A stretch of DNA of 64,000 nt, taken from assembly GCA_022561635.1 (NCBI GenBank), contig JADFQV010000001.1, positions 7,917 through 71,916 on the forward strand, written 5' to 3'. The notes below the pieces were generated by a model, which saw only the letters and a list, made by a program, of their open reading frames with translations, did no database searches and was not told the origin of the DNA. Each line of letters opens with the position of its first letter. The stretch's first letter is position 1. A program made the translations under genes and the position numbers. This document shows positions 42,492 to 52,191 of the stretch, piece by piece. The stretch comes from Chloroflexota bacterium (GTDB taxonomy: Bacteria > Chloroflexota > Dehalococcoidia > SM23-28-2 > RBG-16-64-32).

Positions 42492-43208
42492 CTAGCGCCA
42501 GGCCATGCGGCGGAACGACTCCGCCAGCTCGAAATCCTGATCTTTGGCCGCCTCCGCCATGCGCTCCTTGATCCGTTTGCGCATCTCGCGGATCGGCGCC
42601 TGGCCGAGCTGGCTCTTGTGTTTCTTGAGAGCGTTGATCTTGCGCTTGAAGGCGTCCGGGGGGATCTCGATCCAGTGATCCGGCTCCTCGTGACCGGCGA
42701 GCAGCAGCTCCATCACGCGATGCGGTTCGAGGCCGTCTAGCTGGTGCTCCGGGTAGGCCAGCGGATCGCGGGCGAGCGGGAAGACGGCGTCGACCACGGA
42801 CTGGCCGGTGAGGCGGTGGTCGCGGTGCGTGAACGAACTGCGGTAAGGGTTCCAGGTGATCACGGTCCACGGCTTGAGCCGGCGCAGCTCGCGAACGATG
42901 CGCCCGCGCATCTCGGCCGTGTCCTCGACGAAGCCGTCGGGATAGCGCAGGAATACGAGCTCCTTGACGCCGAGCACATCACAGGCGGCGCGCTGTTCTT
43001 TCTCGCGGATCTGGGCCAGCTTTTCGCGGGTCAGCGAAGTGTCCTTCGTGCCCATGTCGCCGCTGGTCGTGAGCATGTAGTGCACATCCCAGCCGTCGGC
43101 GGCCCACGCGGCGGCGGTGCCGCCGCAGAGGAACTCGGCGTCGTCTGGGTGAGCGACGACGACGAGCGCCGTCTTCGGGTGCTTTGCTTTCGGGTCGACG
43201 TGGGTCAT
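42492..43208 (-). CDS. PIG-L/LmbE-family N-acetylglucosaminyl deacetylase (MshB/BshB-like)
   Basis: VVAHPDDAE zinc-binding motif. Start at the internal Met MTHVDPK. The ORF-track upstream region is spurious. Confidence 0.75.
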   Translation of the reverse strand: MTHVDPKAKHPKTALVVVAHPDDAEFLCGGTAAAWAADGWDVHYMLTTSGDMGTKDTSLTREKLAQIREKEQRAACDVLGVKELVFLRYPDGFVEDTAEMRGRIVRELRRLKPWTVITWNPYRSSFTHRDHRLTGQSVVDAVFPLARDPLAYPEHQLDGLEPHRVMELLLAGHEEPDHWIEIPPDAFKRKINALKKHKSQLGQAPIREMRKRIKERMAEAAKDQDFELAESFRRMAWR

Positions 43209-43219
43209 CAGGCAGTAGT

Positions 43220-44467
43220 CTAGGCGACGTGCGCGCCGACGGCGACCCCGCGGTAGCTGCCGACGAGGTCGTGATAGACAGACTCCACCTGCTCGGCGAC
43301 GCGGGACCAGCGGTAGGTCTCGGCGACGGCGCGGGCTTCGCGGCCGAGGCTGCGCCGCAGCGGCTCGTTCGTAAGCAAGAGGTCCAGGCGCTCGGCAAAC
43401 GGCTCCGGGCAGCGCCACGGCACCAGGTAGCCCGTCCGGCCGTCCTGCACCGTGTCCTTCAGTCCACCAACGCGCGTGGCGACCACGGGCACGCCGCAGG
43501 CCATCGCCTCCAGCGCGACGAGGCCGAAGCTCTCGTAGTACGAAGGAACGGCGCAAACGTCGGCGGCGTTGTAGTAATAGGGCAGGTCATCGCGGCTGGC
43601 GGCTGAGGTGAAGGTGACGCGGTCCTCGACGCCCTGATCGCGCGCCAGGCGCGCCAGGTCGCGCAGGCGGCGCCCGTCCTTCTCGTCGCCACCGACGACG
43701 AGCACGCGGAACGGCCCCTCGAGATGGCTCGCCGCCTGGATCAGCACGTCGATCCCTTTGAGCGGCTCGATGCGCCCGACGAAGAGGATCAGAGGCTCGT
43801 CGGCGTCGAGGCCGACGTGCGCCCGCGCTTCAGCCCGGTCGATCGGGCGGAAGTGGTCGACGTCGACGCCGCAGGGGATGACGCTGATGGCGGAGCGCTG
43901 AGCGCGGTAGAGGTCGGTCAGCATTCGCGCCTCGGCCTCGCCGGCGCAGATGATCCGGTCGGCGCCAGCGACGACCGTGCGCTCGCCGGCGATTCTGTAC
44001 TTCGGCTCGCGCTCGCCCAGGTGATGGCGGTTCTTGGCCTCGGCCAGGGTGTGGAACATGACGACGTGCGGCGTCTCCCAGCAGTCGGCCAGCGTGCGAC
44101 CGACCCAGCCGGACATCCAGTAGTGGCTGTGCACGAGGTCGTACGAGAGATCGTTGCGCTCCTGGAAGGCGACCACACCGCGGCGGAACTCCTCGAGGTA
44201 GCGGCGCTGGGCCCGCTTGTCGGCGTCGAGTGGCCCGGCGGCGATTTGGATGACGCGCGTGCGTCCTGCGGATCCCTTGGCGTCGTCCAGCAGCGTAATC
44301 TCCGGCGAGTCGGCGTCCGTGCGGCGCGTGAAGACGTCCATCGTGTGGCCGCGCTTGGCCATCTCCCGGCCGAGGGAACGCACGTAGACGTTCAGTCCGC
44401 CGCTGTCACGGGTGCCGGGGCGGGCCAGGGGCGACGTATGTACGGAAACGACCGCTATGTTGCACAT
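43220..44467 (-). CDS. GT4 glycosyltransferase, MshA-like (D-inositol-3-phosphate glycosyltransferase family)
   Basis: MshA-type N-terminus VSVHTSPLARPGTRDSGGLNVYV, then HSHYWMSG, with the EX7E region in the C-domain. Confidence 0.75.
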   Translation of the reverse strand: MCNIAVVSVHTSPLARPGTRDSGGLNVYVRSLGREMAKRGHTMDVFTRRTDADSPEITLLDDAKGSAGRTRVIQIAAGPLDADKRAQRRYLEEFRRGVVAFQERNDLSYDLVHSHYWMSGWVGRTLADCWETPHVVMFHTLAEAKNRHHLGEREPKYRIAGERTVVAGADRIICAGEAEARMLTDLYRAQRSAISVIPCGVDVDHFRPIDRAEARAHVGLDADEPLILFVGRIEPLKGIDVLIQAASHLEGPFRVLVVGGDEKDGRRLRDLARLARDQGVEDRVTFTSAASRDDLPYYYNAADVCAVPSYYESFGLVALEAMACGVPVVATRVGGLKDTVQDGRTGYLVPWRCPEPFAERLDLLLTNEPLRRSLGREARAVAETYRWSRVAEQVESVYHDLVGSYRGVAVGAHVA

Positions 44468-44570
44468 GCCCTGCGATGATACTACGAAGGATCCGGTTTC
44501 GGAGCGTGAGATACCTCACACAACGGGGGCGCGACGCGTGAGGCAGGGCGCTCCTCGCCTCGACCAACGA

Positions 44571-45167
44571 TCACCTGCCTTGCACGAGCGAGAGGAACTC
44601 GCTGCGGGTGACGCCCCGCCGGCGGAAGCTGCCCCGGATCGCCGAGGTGATCATGCGCGATCCCGGCTTCTGAGCGCCCCGCATCGTCAGGCAAAGGTGC
44701 TCGGCCTCGATGACGACGGCGACGCCGTCCGGGCGCAGGCCCTCCATGATGGCGTCGGCGACCTGGCTCGTCAGGCGCTCTTGCATCTGGGGTCGCCGGG
44801 CCAGGATGTCGACGACGCGGGCCAGCTTGCTGACGCCGACCAAGCGCCCCTCGGGCACGTAGCCGACGTGCGCCTCGCCGTGGAACGGCAGAAAGTGGTG
44901 TTCGCAGAGGGAGTAGAAGGGGATGCTCTTGAGGATCACCATCTCCTTGTGCGATTCATCGAACCCCTTGCGCAGGACGTCCAGCGGGTCCTCGCGCAGC
45001 CCCGAGAAGAGCTCGGCGTAGAGCCGCCCGATCCGCTCCGGCGTTTCGGCCAGCCCCTCCCGCGTGCCGTCTTCGCCGATCGCCGCGATGATCTCGCGGA
45101 CGGCGGCAGCGATGCGCTCCTGGTCGACGTCCTGCGGATCCGTTGGGCCGGCGATACGTGTGTCCAT
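44571..45167 (-). CDS. folE: GTP cyclohydrolase I
   Basis: FYSLCEHHFLPFHG zinc/active-site motif. Confidence 0.9.
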   Translation of the reverse strand: MDTRIAGPTDPQDVDQERIAAAVREIIAAIGEDGTREGLAETPERIGRLYAELFSGLREDPLDVLRKGFDESHKEMVILKSIPFYSLCEHHFLPFHGEAHVGYVPEGRLVGVSKLARVVDILARRPQMQERLTSQVADAIMEGLRPDGVAVVIEAEHLCLTMRGAQKPGSRMITSAIRGSFRRRGVTRSEFLSLVQGR

Positions 45168-45373
45168 CAGGACAGGAATTGTATCAGGCGGCGTCAGCCA
45201 GGCGGCGCGCTGAGGATGTCGAGGCGGGAAGTCATGCCACCAAATTTACCGGAAAGCCAATGCCACGGGCGCTCCCCTCGCGAAAAAGTGGAAGTGTACC
45301 GCAGTGTGGCAAGCTCTCAAAATAGTCCCCAATGCACGTAGACAGCACCGCCATGTCGTAGAATGGCTGCGCC

Positions 45374-46198
45374 ATGGAGCCACGACCCCAGCACGTCCAG
45401 ATTAGGGACAAGAGCCTCCGGGCTGTGGGCCAGTGGGCGCCCTTAGGCCTAGCTGCGCTGACCTTACTACTGTGGGTGGCCCTGGCGGGCCCTGCGATTT
45501 CGGCTGAGCTAGCATCGGAGCTTCGGCCTAACCTTAAAGCGCTGCCGGCAGACGAACTTCGGTTGGAAACCGATTCCGCCGGCCGTACTTATCTGCGGTT
45601 CAGCACGACTACTTGGAACGGCGGATTCGGACCCCTTGAACTCGTGGCCGGTGACAGAGATGCAGCTAAGCAGAACATCCACCAGCGGATCCATCTAGAC
45701 GATGGGAGCTACTATGACGTGCTGGCAGGAACGTTTGAGTGGCACGAGCAGCACGGGCACTTCCACTTTGAGGATTACGCCCTCTACACTCTTCAGGCGG
45801 CCGATGCGCCTGGCGCCTCAGAACGAACTAGCAGTAAGACCACTTTCTGCATCATCGACACCGACCGCATCAACCACAAGCTTCCGGGGGCGCCCAAGCG
45901 ATCCGTGTACAGGACCTGTGGTAGCGAGATTCAAGGCATGTCCGTCGGATGGGGCGACAGGTACCCGTACTACCTAGCTGGGCAGGCGATCGACGTGACT
46001 GATCTGCCCGACGGTGACTACCAACTCACGATCGAGGTCGATCCAAAGAATCGGCTCCTCGAGACGAATGACGCGGACAACACAAGTACCTTGAGCCTTC
46101 GCATCAGCGTGAGCGACGGGACGGTGGAAGAACTGTCTAATGGCGAGAGCGGGCCCGGCAACGGGAATGGACGGGGAAACGGACGAGGTCCTAGGTAG
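45374..46198 (+). CDS. Secreted lysyl-oxidase-like copper amine oxidase (bacterial LOX catalytic domain)
   Basis: Signal peptide. Copper-binding FEWHEQHGHFHFEDY matches the LOX WEWHSCHQHYHSMD box. KTTFCIIDTDRI matches the LOX SFCLEDT box. Local GC is visibly lower than in the flanks. Confidence 0.7.
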   Translation: MEPRPQHVQIRDKSLRAVGQWAPLGLAALTLLLWVALAGPAISAELASELRPNLKALPADELRLETDSAGRTYLRFSTTTWNGGFGPLELVAGDRDAAKQNIHQRIHLDDGSYYDVLAGTFEWHEQHGHFHFEDYALYTLQAADAPGASERTSSKTTFCIIDTDRINHKLPGAPKRSVYRTCGSEIQGMSVGWGDRYPYYLAGQAIDVTDLPDGDYQLTIEVDPKNRLLETNDADNTSTLSLRISVSDGTVEELSNGESGPGNGNGRGNGRGPR

Positions 46199-46386
46199 TT
46201 CGCGGAACTGCATGGGTTCAAGGTTCCCATGCGAGTGTAAGAGGTGCGGTGGTGAGAGCAAGTAATATCGCCACTAGGCAGCCAGCGATACCCGGAACCT
46301 GAGGTCACGGTTGGTTCCCCTCGAGTAGAGCCAAGGGCGGATAATTCCCGCAGCGTTGTGAGCCTCCGTACCGCTTGAGGCGGCGC

Positions 46387-46779
46387 TCACGACCAGAACG
46401 CATCGACCTCGTAGCGGTCTTCGACGAGGAACCAGAACTCGGCGATCCGGCCCTCCGCGATGCGGAACGTCCAGGCTTGCAGCGAGCCGTCCAGCTTCTT
46501 GCCTTCGCGTTCGGCGTGAACGCGGACCAGGGCGATGGCGTAGTCATCGCCGGCCATGACGTCGAGGATCTGCGGGCGCACGGTGCCGTTGGAGAGTTCG
46601 CGCGGGCGGGCGAGGAAGGCGAGCACTTCGTCCGGGCCGCGATAGTCCGCCGAGAGCGGGCTGCGGCCGGGCACGTGCCAGACGACATCGTCGGCCAGCG
46701 CGGCGCGCACGGCGGCTTCGTCGCCGCGGGCCTGGGCGACGAACCAGCTTCGGACCAGCACTTCGTTGACGTGGGGCAT
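46387..46779 (-). CDS. SnoaL-like / NTF2-fold (ketosteroid-isomerase-like) protein
   Basis: 130 aa with the alpha+beta cone pattern. Weak family-level call. Confidence 0.55.
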   Translation of the reverse strand: MPHVNEVLVRSWFVAQARGDEAAVRAALADDVVWHVPGRSPLSADYRGPDEVLAFLARPRELSNGTVRPQILDVMAGDDYAIALVRVHAEREGKKLDGSLQAWTFRIAEGRIAEFWFLVEDRYEVDAFWS

Positions 46780-46841
46780 CTCGGTGGAGACGTTACCAGA
46801 TCACGGCGGAGCAGAGCTGGAGCAGGCGCACAGTCGGCGCC

Positions 46842-47936
46842 CTACGCAAGGCCCATCGCGGACTCGACGGCCGCGAGGTCAGCGTCGACCTCGGGCACTT
46901 CTGCCTCGATGGCGAGGGCGGTTTCTGGGTCCTTGAGGCCGTGGCCGGTGATGACGCAGACGATGGTCTGGTCGCGAAGGCTCTCGGGTCCTTCGAGAGC
47001 CTCAGGACGAGCGGCATACTTGAGGAGACCGGCCACGCAGGCGGCGGAGGCCGGCTCGCAGAAGATTCCCTCTTCTTCGGCCAGGAGGCGGTAGGCGGCC
47101 AGGATCTCTTCGTCGGTGACGGCGCTGATCTCGCCGCCAGACTCGTCGCGGGCGGCGACGGCGGCCTCCCACGAGGCCGGGTTGCCGATGCGAATGGCCG
47201 TGGCCACCGTCTGCGGATCGTCCAGCGGTTCGCCGCGGACGATTGGCGCGGCACCGGCGGCCTGCCAGCCGATCAAGCGCGGCTTCTGGCTGGCCCGCTC
47301 CGCCTGGAAGTACTCGACGAAGCCGCGCCAGTAAGCGGTGATGTTGCCGGCGTTGCCGACGGGGATGAACAGCAGGTCCGGCGCATCGCCCAGGTCGTCG
47401 ACGATCTCGAAGGCGGCGGTCTTCTGGCCCTCGATACGGTGTGGGTTGACGGAGTTGACGAGCGCGATCGGGTGCTTTTCGGAGACCCGGCGGGCGATGG
47501 CGAGCGCGTCGTCGAAGTTGCCGCGGATGGCGAATATCCGGGCGCCGTGGGCGACGGCCTGGGCCAGCTTTCCTTTGGCGACGCGGCCGTGCGGGACGAG
47601 CACGAAGGCGTCGAGGCCGCTGCGCGCAGCATAGGCCGCCGCTGAGGCACTTGTGTTGCCTGTCGACGCGCAGAGGACGGCTCGTGCATCGGCTTCTGCC
47701 GCCTTGGCCACCGCGACGACCATTCCCCGGTCTTTGAACGAGGAGGTCGGGTTGCACATCTCGAGCTTGAAGTAGAGGTCTTTGCAGCCGATGCGCTCGA
47801 TCAGCCGCCGCGAACTGACTAGTGGGGTACCGCCCTCGCCGAGGCTGAGCATCGGCGTCTCGTTGGTGACGGGCAGGCGGTCCCGGTACCGATCGAGAAC
47901 ACCTCGGGCGGCTGGCTTGTCGGTCAAGCGCTCCAA
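46842..47936 (-). CDS. thrC: Threonine synthase
   Basis: PLP-lysine motif SFKDRGM. 364 aa. Confidence 0.85.
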   Translation of the reverse strand: MERLTDKPAARGVLDRYRDRLPVTNETPMLSLGEGGTPLVSSRRLIERIGCKDLYFKLEMCNPTSSFKDRGMVVAVAKAAEADARAVLCASTGNTSASAAAYAARSGLDAFVLVPHGRVAKGKLAQAVAHGARIFAIRGNFDDALAIARRVSEKHPIALVNSVNPHRIEGQKTAAFEIVDDLGDAPDLLFIPVGNAGNITAYWRGFVEYFQAERASQKPRLIGWQAAGAAPIVRGEPLDDPQTVATAIRIGNPASWEAAVAARDESGGEISAVTDEEILAAYRLLAEEEGIFCEPASAACVAGLLKYAARPEALEGPESLRDQTIVCVITGHGLKDPETALAIEAEVPEVDADLAAVESAMGLA

Positions 47937-47966
47937 ATTAGAGGCCTCATGTCGATCGGCGACGGT

Positions 47967-48974
47967 CTAGTCCGTGGAGTGCAGCTCACCCTGAATAAGC
48001 TCCTTGATCTCCTGGTTCAGTGCTTCGGAGGCGCGTCGGCGCTGGCGGAGAAACGTCTGGTAGACCTTCTTCAGTGCTTGCTTCGTCTGGTCCGTCAGGT
48101 CTTCCAGTCGCGCGGCCATCGCCATCAGCTCGCTTGCCTGGTTCTGGCTCCGCTGGTCAAGGCGGCCCAGGCCCTTGATGAACTCGTCCGTACGCTCGGT
48201 GATGTCGGTGGCGATTTGTTCGAGGCTGGCCATGCGCTGGCTGATCTGCTCCCGCTCGTAGGCGGCGCCTTGCAGCGCTTCCTTGGCCTCTTCCTGCGTA
48301 CCGGCGATCAGCTCGATATGCTCCTGGCGCTCCATCACCCTGTGCAGCTGATCGAGGGCCAGGGACAGGCGGTCCGCCAGCCCCTCGCTAGACGCCTCCA
48401 GCCGCTGGAAGTCACCGCTGAAGCGCGCGAACTCCTGGTCCAGCCTCAGCGTCGCCTCGTGGCTGCGATCGGACTTCGTCTGGATATCTTCCATCGCGCG
48501 CTCTCCGGCCTGTGCTTTCAAACGGCCGGCGGCGATCTCCTCTTCGATGTGCCGTGCAACTTCTTCGAGCGCCTTCATGCGGCCGTCGAACTGAGAGATC
48601 GTGCGGCTGATCGACTCCACCTGCTTGGCGACCATACCTACGTCGTATCGCTCCCGTCCGGACTCGGTCTTGCGGCCCTTCCCATCGTGCTCAACGCGGT
48701 CGGCCAGCTGGCCCTGGCGCTCTTGAACCTTGCCCAGCTGCGCGCTTACTTCACGCACTTCCTCTCGAAGCGACTGAATCGTCGCCTCCACTGAGCCGGA
48801 GACAGCCACGCCCTGCAGGACCTTCTGCACTTCGGCGTCGAGCGACCAGGCGATCTTAAGCGCCTGCGCCAGTTCGCCCTCCAGCTTATGCAGCCGCGCT
48901 TTGGTATCGAGGACTTCGCTTTCGAGCCATTCGGTCGAGCCGGAAGTGGGAGCGGCGGCCTTCGTGCGGGGCAC
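47967..48974 (-). CDS. Coiled-coil protein of unknown function
   Basis: 335 aa, almost entirely heptad-like E/Q/R/L-rich helices. ATGA overlap with the hom stop. Confidence 0.6.
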   Translation of the reverse strand: MPRTKAAAPTSGSTEWLESEVLDTKARLHKLEGELAQALKIAWSLDAEVQKVLQGVAVSGSVEATIQSLREEVREVSAQLGKVQERQGQLADRVEHDGKGRKTESGRERYDVGMVAKQVESISRTISQFDGRMKALEEVARHIEEEIAAGRLKAQAGERAMEDIQTKSDRSHEATLRLDQEFARFSGDFQRLEASSEGLADRLSLALDQLHRVMERQEHIELIAGTQEEAKEALQGAAYEREQISQRMASLEQIATDITERTDEFIKGLGRLDQRSQNQASELMAMAARLEDLTDQTKQALKKVYQTFLRQRRRASEALNQEIKELIQGELHSTD

Positions 48975-48976
48975 GG

Positions 48977-50272
48977 TCAGTCCTCCACCCTGAGGACGGC
49001 GCCGACCTTATGCACGCCATCCTTCAGGCCCTTGATCTCGGAGATGCTGCGCTGGATGTCTGCTTCCTGCGCGGCGTGCGTCATGATCACGATTTCGGCG
49101 GTCTGGGCCTCGTCATCGGTCTCTTTCTGGATGACCGAGGCGATGCTGACGTCGTTGTCGCCGCAGGCGCGGGCGATCTCGGCGAGCACGCCGGGCCTGT
49201 CGCCCACCTCGACGCGGATGTAGTAGCGAGTGGTGAGTTGGGAGATCGTCTTCATCGCCATGTCGGCAGTATAACGCCAGGGTGAGGGCCGGCTGCCGTG
49301 AGCGATCGAACGCGACGCCTCCAGGACGTCCGCCATGATCGCCGACGTCGTGGGCATGGAGCCTGCGCCGGCGCCCTGGAAGAGGACGCGGCCGATCAGG
49401 TCGCCCTCCACCTGCACGGCGTTGAGGACACCGTCCACGTTGGCGAGCAGCTCGTCGTTGGGGACGAGCGCGGGGTGAACGCGTACACAGATGCCGTCGG
49501 CGTCGCGCTGGCCGATGGCCAGGAGCTTGATCGCGTACCCCAGTTCGGCCGCATAGTGGAAGTCGCGCGGCATGAGACCTGTGATCCCCTCACGATAGAC
49601 GTCCTCCACGCGGACGTGCCCATGGAACGCCAGGCTGGAGAGGATGGCGAGCTTGTAGGCGGCGTCGTAGCCTTCGACGTCGCCGGCCGGGTCGGCTTCA
49701 GCGTAGCCCAGATCCTGTGCCTGGCGAAGTGCGTCATCGAAGGCGGCGCCCTCGCGGCTCATCTGCGTCAGGATGTAGTTCGTCGTGCCGTTGATGATCG
49801 CGCGCACGCTCGTGATCTGGTTGGCGAAAAGGTCACGCCTGAGCGGCGAGACGATGGGCATGCCACCGCCAACGCTAGCCTCGAACAGGATGTCCACGCC
49901 GCCGGCCGTGGCCTCTGCCAGCAGCTCCGGCCCATACTTGGCCATCAGCTCCTTGTTCGCGGTCACCACCCAGCGGCCCCGGCTCAGGCTTTCCTGGATG
50001 TACTCATGAGCGGGCTCTTCGCCGCCCATGACCTCGACGACGATGTCGCAGTCGGCGCCTAGCGCCTCGGCGGCGTCCGTCGTGATCAGTGATCGGTCCG
50101 GTGTGAAGTCGCGTTCGCGCGTAGCGTCGCGCACCAGCACCTTGCGTAGTTCGATGCGGGCGCCGACGCGATCGGCGTACAGCGCGGCGCGTTCAGTCAG
50201 AGCCCGGGCAACGCCGCTGCCGACGACACCGAGGCCCAGCAGGACAATTCCGACGCTCTCGCGTTCTGCCAT
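48977..50272 (-). CDS. hom: Homoserine dehydrogenase with C-terminal ACT domain
   Basis: NAD-binding GLGVVGSG, catalytic domain and ACT. Confidence 0.85.
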   Translation of the reverse strand: MAERESVGIVLLGLGVVGSGVARALTERAALYADRVGARIELRKVLVRDATRERDFTPDRSLITTDAAEALGADCDIVVEVMGGEEPAHEYIQESLSRGRWVVTANKELMAKYGPELLAEATAGGVDILFEASVGGGMPIVSPLRRDLFANQITSVRAIINGTTNYILTQMSREGAAFDDALRQAQDLGYAEADPAGDVEGYDAAYKLAILSSLAFHGHVRVEDVYREGITGLMPRDFHYAAELGYAIKLLAIGQRDADGICVRVHPALVPNDELLANVDGVLNAVQVEGDLIGRVLFQGAGAGSMPTTSAIMADVLEASRSIAHGSRPSPWRYTADMAMKTISQLTTRYYIRVEVGDRPGVLAEIARACGDNDVSIASVIQKETDDEAQTAEIVIMTHAAQEADIQRSISEIKGLKDGVHKVGAVLRVED

Positions 50273-50328
50273 CGCAGCCCCTTAGTTGACTAGTTGTGTC
50301 CAGGCTGATGTACAGGCTGGGGTGCAGC

Positions 50329-51339
50329 CTAACGTTGGAGGTCCAGGTTAGCGTGGGAGATCACGTAAGCGACCTTGTCGGGGTTGCCAAGCTGGAGGTC
50401 AAACTCGTTCACGATCACCACGGACTCCTGCTTCTCGATCAGCCAGGCGGCATAGGCGGCGCCGCCAAGAGTGATCCTGTGATCCTCGGCCACTTCCCGG
50501 CTCTCCGATTTCTCCAGCACCTGAAAAACAAACACGGCGTTGGTGCTGCTGAAAGTCGTAATCTCGTTCACTGCGAGCCCGAAGAGGACGGCCTCTTCCG
50601 TTGGGTCCAGGACGCCCTCCGGCACCCAAACGGGCTCACCGGCGACGGCGTCCAGAACCAGGGAGTCCTCGGTGGCCAGGGTGACGAAGTCAGCCCCTGC
50701 GTCCAGTTGCGCGACGATGTCGTCCGCAGCATCCTGGTCGGCGACCTGGATCTGGCGATAGTTAACGGAAGGCAACGACTTAGCCACCTCCGAGGCGAAC
50801 GAATCTCGCACACCCACGACTAGAACGGCGGCTCGCGCCATGTCTCTGAAGTCTTCTTCGCTGAAGCCGGTGCGGGTCAACTCTTCCTCGAAGCGGGCAT
50901 CGAAGTTCACGTCGTCGGCTTCGATGCCGAGCCTTGATGCGATCTCGGCGCGGACTTCGTCATCCGAGGCGGTCGCCGACAGTTCATCAGCGAACTGCAG
51001 CAGTAGCGCTTCTTCGACCAGCGCCGCATTCAGTGCGGGAATTATCGTGGTGGCGGTGGCGATTCCGAACTCTTCGGCAAAGAGGCTTGCCCGCGTCGTA
51101 TATTCCGCGACGGTTAGCTCCGAGTCCGCGACACGGAGGCCTAACGACCCGGGCCGCTGTTGATCGTCGATGTAGTCGGCGAGGTAGGCCCAGCCGATGA
51201 CCCCCAGCGCGGCGAACACAAGAACGAGAATTCCGGCCGTGGCCCAGATTTGCCAGCGATTGGCATCTAGCTTGCGCGTGATGCCAGTCTGTTCGTGCTC
51301 CCAGGTGGGTGTTGGAATCTTGGTGCGTCGTTTTGACAT
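50329..51339 (-). CDS. Membrane-anchored SurA-N/PpiC-like chaperone-type protein (weak call)
   Basis: Single N-terminal TM helix, then an acidic periplasmic-type domain. Only loose resemblance to SurA N-domain / parvulin proteins. Confidence 0.35.
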   Translation of the reverse strand: MSKRRTKIPTPTWEHEQTGITRKLDANRWQIWATAGILVLVFAALGVIGWAYLADYIDDQQRPGSLGLRVADSELTVAEYTTRASLFAEEFGIATATTIIPALNAALVEEALLLQFADELSATASDDEVRAEIASRLGIEADDVNFDARFEEELTRTGFSEEDFRDMARAAVLVVGVRDSFASEVAKSLPSVNYRQIQVADQDAADDIVAQLDAGADFVTLATEDSLVLDAVAGEPVWVPEGVLDPTEEAVLFGLAVNEITTFSSTNAVFVFQVLEKSESREVAEDHRITLGGAAYAAWLIEKQESVVIVNEFDLQLGNPDKVAYVISHANLDLQR

Positions 51340-51399
51340 GGTTCAGCCTACTTGATCAACAGGCGAGGCCCGCTGTTTGTTTCGATGTTAACCAGAGCG

Positions 51400-51777
51400 C
51401 TAACGGCCCTGCGAGATCCTGATGTGGTCGGGCGTGTAGGGCAGCAAGGCCAGGTGGCGGGCGCGCTTGATGGCGTTGGAAATCGCGCGCTGGTGCTTGG
51501 CACAGGCGCTGGTGCGGCGACGCGTCTCGATGCGGGCGCGATCGGAGACGAAGCGGCGCAGGAACGAGACGTTCTTGTAGTCCACGTACTTCATGTGGTC
51601 GGCGCACATGATGCAGACGCGCCGGCGGCGGCCGCCGGTGCGACCCCGCGGCCGGTCGTCATCGTCTCGCGATCTGCCTCCCGCGGCCGGGCGCGGACGT
51701 GGCTGCGCAGCGCCTGCTGGGGCAGCAGCCGGGGCGGGTGCTGGGGTACTCGTGGTCGTCGTTTCGCTGTCAGTCAT
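51400..51777 (-). CDS. rpsR: 30S ribosomal protein S18 with a ~50 aa Thr/Pro/Ala/Arg-rich N-terminal extension
   Basis: S18 core (CADHMKYVDYKNVSFLRRFVSDRARI). Confidence 0.85.
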   Translation of the reverse strand: MTDSETTTTSTPAPAPAAAPAGAAQPRPRPAAGGRSRDDDDRPRGRTGGRRRRVCIMCADHMKYVDYKNVSFLRRFVSDRARIETRRRTSACAKHQRAISNAIKRARHLALLPYTPDHIRISQGR

Positions 51778-51785
51778 CGCTTGTC

Positions 51786-52190
51786 CTATTCGAACGGTAC
51801 GTCTTCGGGTTCCAGGTCCATCGCGGCGTCCTGATTATCGCCTTGAGGCGCGCCGCCGGGCTTGCTGTCTAGAAATTGTACGTCCTGGGCTATCACTTCG
51901 GTTGTGTAGCGCTTCTGGCCATCTTGGCCTTCCCAGGAACGCGTCTGCAGCCGGCCTTCGACGTATACGCGGCGACCTTTCTGCAGGTACTGGTTACAGA
52001 GCTCAGCTAGTTTGCCAAAGGCAACTATTCTGAACCACTCGGTCTCTTCTTTGCGTTCGCCGTCGGAGGCGGTGTAGTTGCGGCTGGCGGCGATCCGGAA
52101 GTTCGTGACGGCGGCGCCGTCCGCTGTGTAGCGCATCTCTGGATCGGCGCCCAGGTTGCCGATGACCATGACTTTGTTGAGGCCAGCCAT
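51786..52190 (-). CDS. ssb: Single-stranded DNA-binding protein
   Basis: OB fold ([17 protein letters not shown]) and acidic C-terminal tip [10 protein letters not shown]. Confidence 0.9.
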   Translation of the reverse strand: MAGLNKVMVIGNLGADPEMRYTADGAAVTNFRIAASRNYTASDGERKEETEWFRIVAFGKLAELCNQYLQKGRRVYVEGRLQTRSWEGQDGQKRYTTEVIAQDVQFLDSKPGGAPQGDNQDAAMDLEPEDVPFE

Positions 52191-52191
52191 G

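Noticed and set aside
41485-42870. 461-aa minus-strand ORF (Arg/Gly/Pro-rich) spanning ccsA
   Set aside because: Out-of-frame shadow ORF. The CcsA frame (41547-42488) carries the WWD motif and TM helices.
46199-46386. Hairpin gcatggg-N9-cccatgc after the LOX-like gene and a 190-nt non-coding gap
   Set aside because: Probably just a U-tract-less terminator. There is no conserved ncRNA signature and no ORF.
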